Of a stretch of DNA of 64,000 bases, positions 44,022 to 55,285 are shown in pieces. Below the pieces are notes generated by a model that searched no databases, was not told where the DNA came from, and saw only the letters and a program-made list of their open reading frames with translations. The DNA comes from Tetramitus jugosus (taxonomy: Eukaryota; Protista; Heterolobosea): the NCBI GenBank assembly GCA_937625935.1, contig OW569358.1, positions 186,001 to 250,000 on the forward strand, in the 5' to 3' direction. Within the stretch, counting starts at the first letter, position 1; every line of letters starts with the position of its first letter. The translations under genes and the position numbers were made by a program.

Positions 44022-45091
44022 ATGAACTCAGCACGCAGAGCTAATACAGCGAGGGTATCATCAGTCAATAGATCAAGTCTCTTAACTCGCTCTACATCTA
44101 CAAAATCGTTGTTCGATGCTCCATCGCTGTCATTGGAAGAGAGCGAGGTGAAAGGAAATAAATCAAGGAGAGGAGGATCGATATCTGTATCAAGTGAAGC
44201 TCGAAATGAGATCATGAGAGACTACTACGCATATAGAAGAGACTCTTTCAGCCCAGTGTGTGTAAATAGTGAGACCAACTCTCAGTTTCTCTGGGAGAAT
44301 CCTGAGAAGGACTATGAGATCATCCATAAGGGCAATTGGGTGTTGTTGGGAATGGGATCTCCATCAGAAAAGAGATATGCTCTCTTACATGGAAATCACT
44401 ATGAAGAATATATGAACATTTTTAAGCTAAAACGAAGAGGATTGTATCCCACTCATTGTTCCCTCGTGAATTCTGAAGCTTGTCAAGACGAGTCTGTGGA
44501 GAAGGATAGTATGAATCAAATTGCTTTCTTGTTAAATCAACTTGTGTACCGTGTGAGTGTAGACTATGCAATCGAAATGAACGACGATATCCTTCAAGAG
44601 CTAAGATCCTTCCAGGAAGACTGCTGGGAGAACGAGAACAACATCACAGAGAAAAGATATGAGCTTCTACTCAAGAAGCAAATGAACCATAGAAAGTATG
44701 TGAACTATTTCATTGTAATGTTTATAGGATCAAGAGACTCACAGACTTTGCTCGGGATAGATGCAAGAAAAAGGTCAGAGGAGCTAAAACCCCAGCAAAG
44801 AAGACCACAGTGACCATCAAGAAAAAGACAACTACACCATCAACCACAGATTCTACAAGAGAAAGTAAGATGAGTACTCCATTCTACTGGGATCATATGA
44901 CCTCAACCACAAAACCCAATGCATTCCCTTTTACCATACCTGTTGATTTTTACAGTGCTTCAACAAATGACTCTCTAACCAGCCGCATTGCCGAACTCAA
45001 TCAGCTCCAGACGGACACTATCAAACGAGAGAAGAAGGAACTGAAGAAGAAGAAAAGGATAGGCTTTGACAGTTCACCCTCCAAAATTTAA
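44022..45091 (+). CDS. Hypothetical protein; two ORFs joined by a 32-nt intron (44696-44727)
   Basis: GTATGT...TTTATAG removal gives HRK-IKRLTDFARDR... continuing openly into the 44810-45091 frame. Confidence 0.7.
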
Positions 45092-45222
45092 ATGCCCAGA
45101 GACATTCCCGCAGTAATTTTCTTCCGAAAGATCCCCCAGCGGGAATCGAATCAGAACAAATTCCCGCTCAAGAAGTCAAAAATCCTTCCAAAACAAACAC
45201 AATAATTTCCCAATTACTACTC

Positions 45223-46089
45223 ATGAATCGTCGTACTCACTCATCCTTGTTCATGGCACTTCTTGTGCTATTGGCCTTGACTGCCTCCACTGTCTTGTCC
45301 TCCCCATCTGGCAAATACTTTGACCGCATTCTTGTCATCATGTTCGAAAATCAGTACATTGATGACACGTTGCAACATCCTTATTTCAAACAATTGACCA
45401 CCAATGGTACCCTATTGAGTCAATACTATGGTGTGACTCATCCCTCTCAGCCAAACTATGTGGCTCAATTGGCAGGCAGTTTCTTCAACATCAAGACTGA
45501 TAACTATGTGACGTTGAATCATACGAATTTGGTGGATTTGATGGAACCAAAGGGATTGACATGGAAGAGCTATCAAGAAGATTTCCCAAAGGATCATGAG
45601 TGCTTTGACGGTGTCGAACACAAGAAGCTTTACTATAGAAAGCACAATCCGTTCATCCTGTTTGACAATATTAGAAAGCACAAGCACAGATGTGCCAATA
45701 TTGTGAATGCAGATCAATTGGAAATTGACTTGAAGAACAATGAGTTGCCAAACTTGATGTACTACACTCCAAACATTGACAATGATGCACACAATACTGG
45801 ATTGGCCTATGCTGACAAGTATTTGCACAATTTCTTGCCTCATTACTTGACCAGTTCTACCTTTATGAAGAATACGTTGATTTTTATCACATTTGATGAA
45901 GATGACTACAAGGGTGACAATAGAGTGTACACTGTGTTGTTGGGCACCATGGTGAAGCCTGGTGCTGTTGATAGCAACCACTACAACCACTATAGCTTGA
46001 CGAAAACAATTCAAGAGAATTGGGATTTGGGTTCATTGGGCAGAAATGATGCATCAGCTGATGCATTCAAGTGCTTTGTCAAGAACTAA
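45223..46089 (+). CDS. Secreted phosphoesterase-family acid phosphatase
   Basis: Signal peptide; FDRILVIMFEN, THPSQPNY, RKHNPF, DAHNT, TFDE, HYS...TI..NWDLGSLGR. Confidence 0.92.
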   Translation: MNRRTHSSLFMALLVLLALTASTVLSSPSGKYFDRILVIMFENQYIDDTLQHPYFKQLTTNGTLLSQYYGVTHPSQPNYVAQLAGSFFNIKTDNYVTLNHTNLVDLMEPKGLTWKSYQEDFPKDHECFDGVEHKKLYYRKHNPFILFDNIRKHKHRCANIVNADQLEIDLKNNELPNLMYYTPNIDNDAHNTGLAYADKYLHNFLPHYLTSSTFMKNTLIFITFDEDDYKGDNRVYTVLLGTMVKPGAVDSNHYNHYSLTKTIQENWDLGSLGRNDASADAFKCFVKN

Positions 46090-46259
46090 ACCACGTATTG
46101 TTCCTACTGAGCTATTAAAACATTTTTGACCTTCAACAACGAGTTTGATGCGAGATCTCGCATCGCTTGAACACGAAACAAAGGAAACAAATCAAAACAA
46201 TAACACCAACCATCATCGAGAACAACATTGTCAATCACCAAACCAACAAACAAACAATC

Positions 46260-48503
46260 ATGTTTCACAAACCGTTCCGTGTCTCACAATCATTCGATGT
46301 CAAGTCATCGGTCAAGCGTCGAATTCAACAAAAGCTAAAGGAACAATTCGGTTCTCGCATTGGCTCTTCTGAAGAATCGGATCGAATTTGGGACAATGTC
46401 CTGTTTCCAACAAAGAGCACGATTGCCATCTCCGATACAGAAAGTATACCCGTTCAAGTACAATGTCTCAAGATTGAAATTATTGAAAAGGCTGCCTTGT
46501 CGTCCAACACCAACAACACTGGTGGCTCACAATCGAAAAAGAATAGTGCTCAACAACAACAACAACAGCAGCAACCAATTACCATTTTCAACGTTCAACA
46601 AATACAGCAACAAAAACAGCGTCAAGTCAATCAAAAGCTTCAACCTCAACAACAACAACCATCACAACAACAACAACAAAAATCAAAACAACAACAACAT
46701 CAGCAGCAGCAACAACAACAAAAAAAGAATGCACAAAATAATGCAAGTGCAAGCAGTAGCAATGTATCGAACAATGAATCTCTCATCAAGATCAACATGT
46801 ATACGGTGAACAATGTGCCCATGTTTGTTCAATTACCAGGTGGTGGCAGTATAGACAATGACCAGGACACTGTAGAGTTTATGCCAACATTGTTTGCACT
46901 TCATCAAGTACCAAATCTCATGAAATTCATTGTGATACACTCCAATGTCTCACAATTCATCTTGTCTGGTGCCGATCTCATGTTACCAGGATTGTCATTG
47001 TCCTATCAACCGGAGTCGTTTGATCGTGATGAGTTGTGTAGTTTGATTGTGGCAGGAAATCCGTTTCCGTTTGCTGTGGGTCGCATGACATTTGCGTTCA
47101 AAAAGGGTGAATCAAAGAAGCCAAACGATGGCAAGGGAAAGGCCATGATGATTACACACGTGTTCAATGATTCACTGTGGCAGTATGCGTTGACAAATAA
47201 TGGTCATTTGGAAGAGCCTGAAGGTTATTTTGTGGATCGGATTGAACCGATTCAAATGGCTGAAGTTGAGCAACAACAGCAACAAGAGGAACAAGAACAG
47301 GGAGAACAGGAAGAAGAGGAAGCAAATGGTACGAGCAGTGAACAGAGCGAATCAGAACAAAAGCCAACGACAGCAGAAGATGGAGTCGAGGAGGACGGTG
47401 GCGCTTCAGAAGAACAAGAGGAACAAGTGTCTGAAAAGGAAATGGATGATCGAATGATTTATTGGTTCATGGAGACGATCAAATTCCATATGAAGGATGA
47501 AGAGTTACCCATGGACACAAGTGCCATTTACTCTCGGATGACATCTGTGATCAACAGGACGCAATATGTTGATGTGAAGAGATCATCCTTTAGAAAATTG
47601 GCTAAATTTATGAAGCATGTGACACAACTAAAGTATATCAAGACAAAGGACTCTGGTAAAATTATCACTAACATCAATCGATCGCATCCAGCCTACTTGA
47701 AACATGAGGCCGCAAAGATTGCCAAGAATGCAGACACTTCTGCAAGTGCCAGTACCGGCAGTCAATCATCTTCCAACAAGTCAAGCAATGCCAAACGAAA
47801 AGTAACTGTGATTAACTTGTATAAGCCAGTAGGTTCATTGAAGGAGATATTTGTTGGTGATGAGGACAAGGATCTTTATTCTGAGGCTGAGGTCCGCCAG
47901 AAGCTAATGGACTATGTTGAAAAGCAAAAGTTGAGAGCTGGAACCACAAATTTCCCAGTCAAGTTGGACGAGTTCTTGTACGGTCAACTGTTCCATTCAA
48001 AGAAAATTGACTCTGGGTACTCTTTGAATTCTACTGCTCCATTTCAAGTCGTACTGCAAAAGTTAATGGAAAAGATGAGCGGTCAGCACTTGATAGAGTT
48101 CCTCATTCCAAAGCCGAATGGAGAAGTAACAACCTATTCTACTCTTCACAAAGGATCGTGCAAGGGAATCAATATTGATAGTTATAGAGTCATGGGAAAC
48201 AAGCATGCAACGCGGATCAATGGTCTTGCTCCATTCCTCAATTATACACCACCTCCAAAGTCAGCAACGACACCACTGGAATGTCCTCAATTCCATGATT
48301 TTATCAAACTGTTGAAGACCAAGGTGTCCACAGGTATCAAAACCAACACTGATCTGGCACCAAACCATGATCAGAAGAAGGAACCTGAAGTGTTCATGCA
48401 GGGAGATAATTCCAAGATTGTGAAGGATCTGCTTATGCAAGAATACAGCATCAACCCTTCAATGATTCACATTACAGACAGCACAAAGAAAAAGAAGAAG
48501 TAA
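46260..48503 (+). CDS. EIF2D: Translation factor eIF2D (ligatin): PUA, SWIB and SUI1 domains
   Basis: MFHKPFRV start, PTLFAL, GADLMLPG, GKGKA...H...D.LW, VKRSSFRKLAKFM, GNKHAT.I.GL, MQGD. Confidence 0.9.
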   Translation: MFHKPFRVSQSFDVKSSVKRRIQQKLKEQFGSRIGSSEESDRIWDNVLFPTKSTIAISDTESIPVQVQCLKIEIIEKAALSSNTNNTGGSQSKKNSAQQQQQQQQPITIFNVQQIQQQKQRQVNQKLQPQQQQPSQQQQQKSKQQQHQQQQQQQKKNAQNNASASSSNVSNNESLIKINMYTVNNVPMFVQLPGGGSIDNDQDTVEFMPTLFALHQVPNLMKFIVIHSNVSQFILSGADLMLPGLSLSYQPESFDRDELCSLIVAGNPFPFAVGRMTFAFKKGESKKPNDGKGKAMMITHVFNDSLWQYALTNNGHLEEPEGYFVDRIEPIQMAEVEQQQQQEEQEQGEQEEEEANGTSSEQSESEQKPTTAEDGVEEDGGASEEQEEQVSEKEMDDRMIYWFMETIKFHMKDEELPMDTSAIYSRMTSVINRTQYVDVKRSSFRKLAKFMKHVTQLKYIKTKDSGKIITNINRSHPAYLKHEAAKIAKNADTSASASTGSQSSSNKSSNAKRKVTVINLYKPVGSLKEIFVGDEDKDLYSEAEVRQKLMDYVEKQKLRAGTTNFPVKLDEFLYGQLFHSKKIDSGYSLNSTAPFQVVLQKLMEKMSGQHLIEFLIPKPNGEVTTYSTLHKGSCKGINIDSYRVMGNKHATRINGLAPFLNYTPPPKSATTPLECPQFHDFIKLLKTKVSTGIKTNTDLAPNHDQKKEPEVFMQGDNSKIVKDLLMQEYSINPSMIHITDSTKKKKK

Positions 48504-48624
48504 AATAAATTGAAGTCGCTTCTTGAACACACGGTTTTGTGGAAAACATTATATTTTGAGCTATTATGTAACACATGTCATTCAAAGAGAGTTCTCTATT
48601 CTTGTGTGAGGATTCGAGATGATT

Positions 48625-49338
48625 TTACCTCGATACTCCCAAAACACGGAACAACAAGGATTGAACAAAGCTCTGTCGCACAATCCACTCGCTCAACTTG
48701 CTCGTTGCATCTCGCTGACACTTGAAATAACCAATCGCGTTCGAAACACCCAACACGAGTGCAAATCCAATAATCATAAACCATTGTAACCTCATTCCAA
48801 TAAAACAAATGATTGATAACAGTATCCACACAAGAGGATGTGCGTACAGAGTGATCCAAAACACATATGACTCCAACGGATCAATATCACTCATGTCCTT
48901 TTTGCTCTCAAATCTCCAAATGGATGATCCATCAGGCTGCACTTCATTCCACCATCTCAACCCGACCAATAATCGACCACTAATGTTTTTCACTGTCCAG
49001 AAATCAAATGCCAACAACAGTATACACGTCACAAAAACAATGACAAAATTCGAGGTGAAAAACGTCAATAGCAAATAGCAGAGCAGTGCAGCCACTTTGA
49101 AGAAGATGTGGAAGAATAGAGCAACAGGGTGCTTGCATTTCATGAATGATTGAATGTTACCCAGGATCATGGAAGCTGGCAGTTGTTGTGAACTATAGTT
49201 GCTATTTGTGGTTGACATTTCTCCGCTCACCTGTGATGGTTCATTGATCAAGAGAGAAGTGTGATCGGATGTCATTGCTTCGTCTTCATATTCGTCCAGA
49301 CTGGGAAATGGTTGTTGTGATGTTGTTGGATCGTCCAT
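48625..49338 (-). CDS. TVP23: Golgi membrane protein TVP23/FAM18
   Basis: HPVALFFHIFFK, DFWTVKNISGRLLVGLRWWNE, W.FES. Confidence 0.95.
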   Translation of the reverse strand: MDDPTTSQQPFPSLDEYEDEAMTSDHTSLLINEPSQVSGEMSTTNSNYSSQQLPASMILGNIQSFMKCKHPVALFFHIFFKVAALLCYLLLTFFTSNFVIVFVTCILLLAFDFWTVKNISGRLLVGLRWWNEVQPDGSSIWRFESKKDMSDIDPLESYVFWITLYAHPLVWILLSIICFIGMRLQWFMIIGFALVLGVSNAIGYFKCQRDATSKLSEWIVRQSFVQSLLFRVLGVSR

Positions 49339-49554
49339 GGTTTGTGGTGTTGTTCAGCTGTGAGAGTCTGTTTTGAACACCAAAAGCTTTTGTTGTCGTG
49401 CTTAATTGGAGGATTTTCTGAGTTTGGAGATTGAAAAATAGAATGTTTCATGATTCTTCCCGCCTTTTCCCCTCCATCATCAAAAAAAGAAACAAACCAC
49501 CAACAACAACAAATTTGACAACCTCTGCATTGGCACCAATACAGCAAGTGAAAA

Positions 49555-51879
49555 ATGAGTCGTAGAGGAGGATTGGGTTATCGTCCATCAGATGACCAAC
49601 GTAATAACAATGATGATGACAACAATAACAATAGTGGCTATTCATCATCATCGTACTCTCCCAACGAGAATCATCATCATCATTACAATTCATCGTCATA
49701 CAATAACAATAATGATTACAATCCAAATTCATCCTATGATGACAATGATGCAGCAGCACCTCCCTATCATCATCATCATCATCCACAATCAAATTATCAT
49801 TCTTCCTCCTATGACAACAACAATAACAATGATCATCAACATTCTTATCACTATCAACAACAACAACAACACTATGATGATGAGCATCATTCGAGAAATG
49901 ACCAACACCACCATCAACCACATGACCAACAACAACAACAACCACATGACCGTAATGAGAATAACGATGACGAGGAAGAAGAAGAAGAAGAACAGTTGTA
50001 TGACAAGGAATTTATTGGAGATTTGTTTGATGAGAGTAAAGACGTTGAGTATGCCAATACAGAAGTCAATTCAAGCACTCCACTACCCAATTTGCGCAGT
50101 ATGGCCACTCAAAACGCTCTTAAAATGATGAAGAATATGGGTTGGGATGCAGGTGTAGGTCTCGGTGCCAATAATCAAGGCAGAACAACTCATATCGAAC
50201 CAGCTCAAGTCTCAGGAAGGAGTGGATTGGGTATGAGAAGTGTGGTTGCACCAACCATGGTTCATGCAAGCAGCAGCAACAATAGTGGTGGTGTTGGTAC
50301 CAATGTAGTGGTTGCCTCCAACAGAAAACCACTTCCACCGAATTTTACAATTCAAAAGCACGAAGTTGACACGAGAGTCTATCCACATCAACAGTACGCT
50401 ACTTGGTTGTCCTGTATGAACCCTATATCATCGGACAGTGATCCAACAACACTGTACAAGATGTACTATCAAGAGAGCTTCGAAGAACCGTATTCAAAAT
50501 TGTTTGATCAGCGATTGTTGCAACGAGTGATGAACATGAAGAATGAGTTTGATCCATTGGATGATTTGGTGTTCTCTCAGGCGAGAAGCAAGGCCAATCC
50601 TTATGAATTCATTGGAAAATCCATCTTTCAGAATCGAGCAGCAGTCAAAATGGCAAACTTGGATAAAATTGCAGCACTGACGCATATTGATTTACTGCCA
50701 GAGGAGAATGGAATACTGTATTTTGCAGATATTTGCGCTGGACCAGGAGGTTTTACTGAATACATGTACTGGAGGTTGAAGCCAACCAGAACCAAGGGAT
50801 GGGGTTTTACTCTGAGAGGAAAGCATGATTGGCAACTGCAGAAGTTTAATGCTGAGGCACCGTGCACAAATTTTGAGACGTGTTACGGTGTTGATGACAC
50901 TGGAGATATTACAAACAATGACAATATGAAGAATCTTGCAGAGAGAATCGAAAAAGGAACAGGAGGCAGAGGTATCCCACTGTTGTTGGCAGATGGTGGA
51001 TTCGGCGTGGAAGGAAACTACAATAATCAAGAAGCGTTGACAAAGCAAATTGTGTTGTGTCAATTTTTGACAGCACTGTTGGTACTTCGTCCTGGAGGAA
51101 CATTTGTATGCAAGGTTTTTGATGTGTACACCCACTTTTCAGTTAGTTTGCTGTACATGCTCTATCAAAGCTTTGAGAGATTTTCGATTGTGAAGCCTTT
51201 CACGAGTCGACCTGCCAATTCTGAACGTTATGTGATTTGTAAGGGATTCAGAGGCAGAAACTCACGCCTAACAAGCTTTTTGTTCAATGTCAACTCGAGC
51301 TTATCCCAGAAGAAAGACGTATCGGCTATCCTTCATCCCGACATTATTACTAATGACTCTGCCTTTGCTAATTACATGACCAAATCGAACGATGACATCA
51401 TGAAAGAACAATTACAGGCATTGAGAGCCATCAAGCAATATGTTGAAGATGAGTACCTGTCTATCAAGCCCATGCAATTGCAACTCCAAGAGCGATGTTT
51501 AGAGGAGTGGGGTCTACCGAGAAAGCTCAATACCACATCGTCCAGAGGCAGAGGAGGAGGATCCATGGGAAGAGGCAACTATCATCACAGACACTCATCA
51601 GGTTATGACTCTGGTCGTCACCATCGAGATCACAGAGACTCCAACCACTCCTATTCTTCTCATGGCCAGTATAACAGTTACAATCCTCAGTATGACAATT
51701 CATCCTATGGTGGTTCTCGTCCATCGTACGGTAGCGGTGGTGGCGGTCACGACAGCTACTATCCATCAAACAACTATTATGAGCAGAACAATCAATATGC
51801 ACCAGACTATGATCACAATGGCGGAGGTGGTAGTGGTGGCTGGGATGACGAAAGGCCGAATAAACGTCAAAGAGAATAA
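49555..51879 (+). CDS. CMTR1: Cap-specific mRNA 2'-O-methyltransferase 1 (G-patch plus FtsJ-type MTase)
   Basis: G-patch MMKNMGW..G.GLG; ANPYE, FQNRAAVKMAN, DICAGPGGF, ADGG, FVCK.FD, KP.TSRPANSERY. Confidence 0.94.
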   Translation: MSRRGGLGYRPSDDQRNNNDDDNNNNSGYSSSSYSPNENHHHHYNSSSYNNNNDYNPNSSYDDNDAAAPPYHHHHHPQSNYHSSSYDNNNNNDHQHSYHYQQQQQHYDDEHHSRNDQHHHQPHDQQQQQPHDRNENNDDEEEEEEEQLYDKEFIGDLFDESKDVEYANTEVNSSTPLPNLRSMATQNALKMMKNMGWDAGVGLGANNQGRTTHIEPAQVSGRSGLGMRSVVAPTMVHASSSNNSGGVGTNVVVASNRKPLPPNFTIQKHEVDTRVYPHQQYATWLSCMNPISSDSDPTTLYKMYYQESFEEPYSKLFDQRLLQRVMNMKNEFDPLDDLVFSQARSKANPYEFIGKSIFQNRAAVKMANLDKIAALTHIDLLPEENGILYFADICAGPGGFTEYMYWRLKPTRTKGWGFTLRGKHDWQLQKFNAEAPCTNFETCYGVDDTGDITNNDNMKNLAERIEKGTGGRGIPLLLADGGFGVEGNYNNQEALTKQIVLCQFLTALLVLRPGGTFVCKVFDVYTHFSVSLLYMLYQSFERFSIVKPFTSRPANSERYVICKGFRGRNSRLTSFLFNVNSSLSQKKDVSAILHPDIITNDSAFANYMTKSNDDIMKEQLQALRAIKQYVEDEYLSIKPMQLQLQERCLEEWGLPRKLNTTSSRGRGGGSMGRGNYHHRHSSGYDSGRHHRDHRDSNHSYSSHGQYNSYNPQYDNSSYGGSRPSYGSGGGGHDSYYPSNNYYEQNNQYAPDYDHNGGGGSGGWDDERPNKRQRE

Positions 51880-52046
51880 TGACCGATGTTATTTGAAGCA
51901 CAATACAAAAGATTCTTTTGTCCGACTGTTCTATTCCTCCGCCGAACACAACATTTTCTTCTTGTGAACAAGAGAGCTTTTTTGCACGAGCATCTCTCAA
52001 CAACAACAAAAACATAACTCGAGTGTTTGGATTTTTTTTTTTGACG

Positions 52047-54500
52047 ATGACACTGCCCAAAATTTTGCTATTGCTCGTGTTTGCACTTGTCGTCGTGTTG
52101 TGCATTGCAAACCCAACTGAACAACAACAACAACAACAAATCAAATTCACTCCAATCACTCTCGAAGGCGTCATTGTCGATGTTCAACACTTGACCAAGC
52201 AAGTCGTTGTCGTATTGACTGATGAAGCACTGTACCTCAGTACAGATGGTGGAATCAACTTTCAAAATCAAAATCTTTATCTGTGTGGTGAGAAAAAGTG
52301 TGTGAGTCGAATGGTGTTGAGTACTGCTGACGCAAACACACTTGTTCTCATTGGATCTGGTGAAGAACATTATGTGTCCAATGATTTGACACATCGCGAC
52401 AGTTCCTCACGCTACTACAAATTCAAGTTTCCCATCTCGGCACAAGTGGACAAGGGACTCACCATTCTGGCTCATCCAGTGTACAAAAAGTACTTTATGG
52501 CACTGGTGAACGTGTCGGACAACAAGAAGAAACAGTTGAACAATTTGTATATTTCGAGAGATGGTTGCAGGAGTTGGAGTATGATGAAGGACGGTATCCG
52601 ACAGGCTGTGTGGGCCAATCAGAAGGCAACTCACTACGACCCAGACAAGATCTTGGCTGTCAAGAGTGTAGCGGTTGCAGACTACACTGCACTGTTTAAC
52701 TTCAATGTGGTAACGGGAGCAACGAGTGATGATCTCGTCACAGGTGCGCACGATGTTTTCCATCTCGGTACATACACCTTCCTGTCGACAAGGGTCGAGA
52801 GTGGTATGGGATATGATTTGTATGTAAGCACGGACAATGGTGCACAGTTTAGAAAGGCTCAATTGCCAGATAAGGAAGCATACAAGAAGGCATATGTGCT
52901 ATTGGACAATTCTGAGGGAAGTGTGTTCCTGAATGTGGTTGATAAGGATGGCTCCACTGGACTGTCTTCATCCGGTACTGTTTACATCTCTGATTGGTCT
53001 GGAACGAGATACTCTCACTCTTTGCTGCACAATTATGTGACGCATCCGAGTATGGGGCAGAACAAGGCTGACTTCCACAAGATTCAAACCATGGAAGGAG
53101 TTTATATTTCCAACGTAGTTGCGAATCCTGATGAAGAAACTTGCGCCAAGTGCACTGCCGATTGCCACAAAAAGTGTAAGATCTCTTCTCGAATCACCTT
53201 CAATAGAGGTGCATTGTGGGAGCCACTAGTAGCACCAAGTGTAGGTATCGACGGTAAATCTTCCTGTAAGAAGGCTGGTAAGTGTGCTCTTCACTTGAGA
53301 GGTATCGAAGTGGCAGCCACATCGCCCATTCACAGTGATGATGGTGCAGTCGGGCTCATATTGGCCACTGGAAATACAGGTGAGCGATTGGCTTCGAAAA
53401 CTGCTAACACTTATCTGTCACGAGACGCTGGTGTATCATGGACCGAGATTGCCAAGGGATCTCATACCTATGAAGTAACGGACAATGGCGCATTGATTGT
53501 CATGGCAAAAAATGTTGAACCTACAAAGAATATTACCTATTCATGGAACAGTGGTATCGACTGGGAATCAATTGCATTTACATCCGAATCAGAAATTACT
53601 ATTGAGAAAATTACCTACAACAAGAATGATCCTCTGACAAAGGTAGTTTTGTTACAGGGCAGTCAAGCTGAATCCTCAGTGCTAATTGCTGCAGATTTTA
53701 GTGGTGTTACCATTAGGGATTGTGTGGGTTATGACAAACCAGGTGTCGCTGATAGCGATTATGAAAATTTCATTCCTCACACGTATCAGAACGATCAGTG
53801 TTTACTTGGACGTATCGTGCAGTATGTGAGAAGAAAGAAGGACGCCAAGTGTTTTAACAAGCATCCAGACAAGGCAGAAAAGATACGAAACTGTCAATGT
53901 ACTCAAGAAGACTACGAGTGTGATTATTACTATGTTCGTAAATTCAATGGAGACAAGATGGAGTGTGTACCTAGTGACGCACCTGAGGCAAAGGATCAAA
54001 TTGAAAAACTGAAATTCCCTCCACATAGATGCTATGGCTACTACAATGAAACTAGGGGATACAGAAAGGTGTCCGGTAATTCTTGCCAGGACGGTGTTGA
54101 TTTGGCCCCTATTCCCAAGCAATGTCCATCATCAGTTAGCTCCTTAGGAGTGTTTATTCTTTTCGTATTCTTTGCAGTGCTGTTTGGATTTGCAGGATTG
54201 TTCTTCTATCGGAATAGCCCTAAATTCCAATCCATGATCCGAAGTGCTTCTCGATATACTTCGCAATCTGTAGTCCAATACAGTCAAATCTCTCAACATG
54301 AGGAGTTTGGATTGGATGATACGGAAGATGATGATGAACCAGATGAGTTTGATTCTACGTTCAACTTTTCTGCTGTGGCATCAGTCAGAAGAAGTCCTGT
54401 TCCTGCCAGAGATGAAGACTCAGAAGAGAATTCAATTGATCAATCAAGCACTCGAACTGTATCACTAGATGCTGATCCACTGGCCAATCGACGTTTGTAA
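52047..54500 (+). CDS. Vps10/sortilin-family sorting receptor
   Basis: Signal peptide, BNR repeats (STDGG, SRDG, STDNG, SRDAGVSW), 10CC module (CLLGR, CQCTQEDYECD, GYRKVSGNSC), TM and acidic tail. Confidence 0.93.
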   Translation: MTLPKILLLLVFALVVVLCIANPTEQQQQQQIKFTPITLEGVIVDVQHLTKQVVVVLTDEALYLSTDGGINFQNQNLYLCGEKKCVSRMVLSTADANTLVLIGSGEEHYVSNDLTHRDSSSRYYKFKFPISAQVDKGLTILAHPVYKKYFMALVNVSDNKKKQLNNLYISRDGCRSWSMMKDGIRQAVWANQKATHYDPDKILAVKSVAVADYTALFNFNVVTGATSDDLVTGAHDVFHLGTYTFLSTRVESGMGYDLYVSTDNGAQFRKAQLPDKEAYKKAYVLLDNSEGSVFLNVVDKDGSTGLSSSGTVYISDWSGTRYSHSLLHNYVTHPSMGQNKADFHKIQTMEGVYISNVVANPDEETCAKCTADCHKKCKISSRITFNRGALWEPLVAPSVGIDGKSSCKKAGKCALHLRGIEVAATSPIHSDDGAVGLILATGNTGERLASKTANTYLSRDAGVSWTEIAKGSHTYEVTDNGALIVMAKNVEPTKNITYSWNSGIDWESIAFTSESEITIEKITYNKNDPLTKVVLLQGSQAESSVLIAADFSGVTIRDCVGYDKPGVADSDYENFIPHTYQNDQCLLGRIVQYVRRKKDAKCFNKHPDKAEKIRNCQCTQEDYECDYYYVRKFNGDKMECVPSDAPEAKDQIEKLKFPPHRCYGYYNETRGYRKVSGNSCQDGVDLAPIPKQCPSSVSSLGVFILFVFFAVLFGFAGLFFYRNSPKFQSMIRSASRYTSQSVVQYSQISQHEEFGLDDTEDDDEPDEFDSTFNFSAVASVRRSPVPARDEDSEENSIDQSSTRTVSLDADPLANRRL

Positions 54501-54573
54501 ACAATGAATAATTATTTTGTACAACTTAAGTCATTGTCAACACGTACAACTCCCACAAAAAAAACGAAATCAA

Positions 54574-55269
54574 ATGTCCCTCTCCAAGAGCGAATTTTGT
54601 TTGGCATGTTCTCAGTTTGTAGAGAGTGCATCTGATTGGAAATGGAACAGCCAATTAGAGTATTGTTCCAAGGAGGAGGTTCACATGATAGAGGAGGACT
54701 TGTTGATGATGCAACATCAAGTGGACGAACAAGATGACCATTCGGCCACTGGACGTGATAATTGGATGGATGAATGCGCGATGGGAGGTGATCTGGAGGA
54801 CGAGAATGATATAGATGACGAGATCAATCTGATTGACACACAAAGAGATGAGAATGCGAGCAAACTCACGAACATTCGTGTTCCAGTGTGCTTCAAGTAT
54901 CATATTTTATACAGTGAAGCATTTCAGGTTCCAGTGTTGTACTTTAGTGCTTGGAATACCGAGAACAGCTACGCGCTAACAACAGATCAAATATTGAGAA
55001 TCGTGGCTGCTAAGCATCGAAACGATGCATTGCTGCCTAGGGAATTGAATCCGTACATAATGATCACACAGGGCGAACATCCCATATTTTCAACAATATT
55101 TTACTATATACATCCATGCGAAACAGCAAAGCTTATGACTCTCATTCGACAACATAAGGAAGAAATGGTTCCATATCATCAATACATTAGGTCATGGTTG
55201 AGTTTTGTCGGCAGGCTCGTACTTCTTGAGCTTCATTTACCTTCTCTTCTCGTTTCGACCCAAGAATAA
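54574..55269 (+). CDS. ATG10: Autophagy E2-like enzyme ATG10
   Basis: YHILYSEAFQVPVLYF, ITQGEHP, catalytic HPCET, YIRSWLSFVG. Confidence 0.9.
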   Translation: MSLSKSEFCLACSQFVESASDWKWNSQLEYCSKEEVHMIEEDLLMMQHQVDEQDDHSATGRDNWMDECAMGGDLEDENDIDDEINLIDTQRDENASKLTNIRVPVCFKYHILYSEAFQVPVLYFSAWNTENSYALTTDQILRIVAAKHRNDALLPRELNPYIMITQGEHPIFSTIFYYIHPCETAKLMTLIRQHKEEMVPYHQYIRSWLSFVGRLVLLELHLPSLLVSTQE

Positions 55270-55285
55270 CGACTAAAAGATATGG

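Noticed and set aside
45130-45170. tRNA remnant (TTCGATTCCC B-box-like on the minus strand)
   Set aside because: No cloverleaf can be built; better explained as an inverted repeat.
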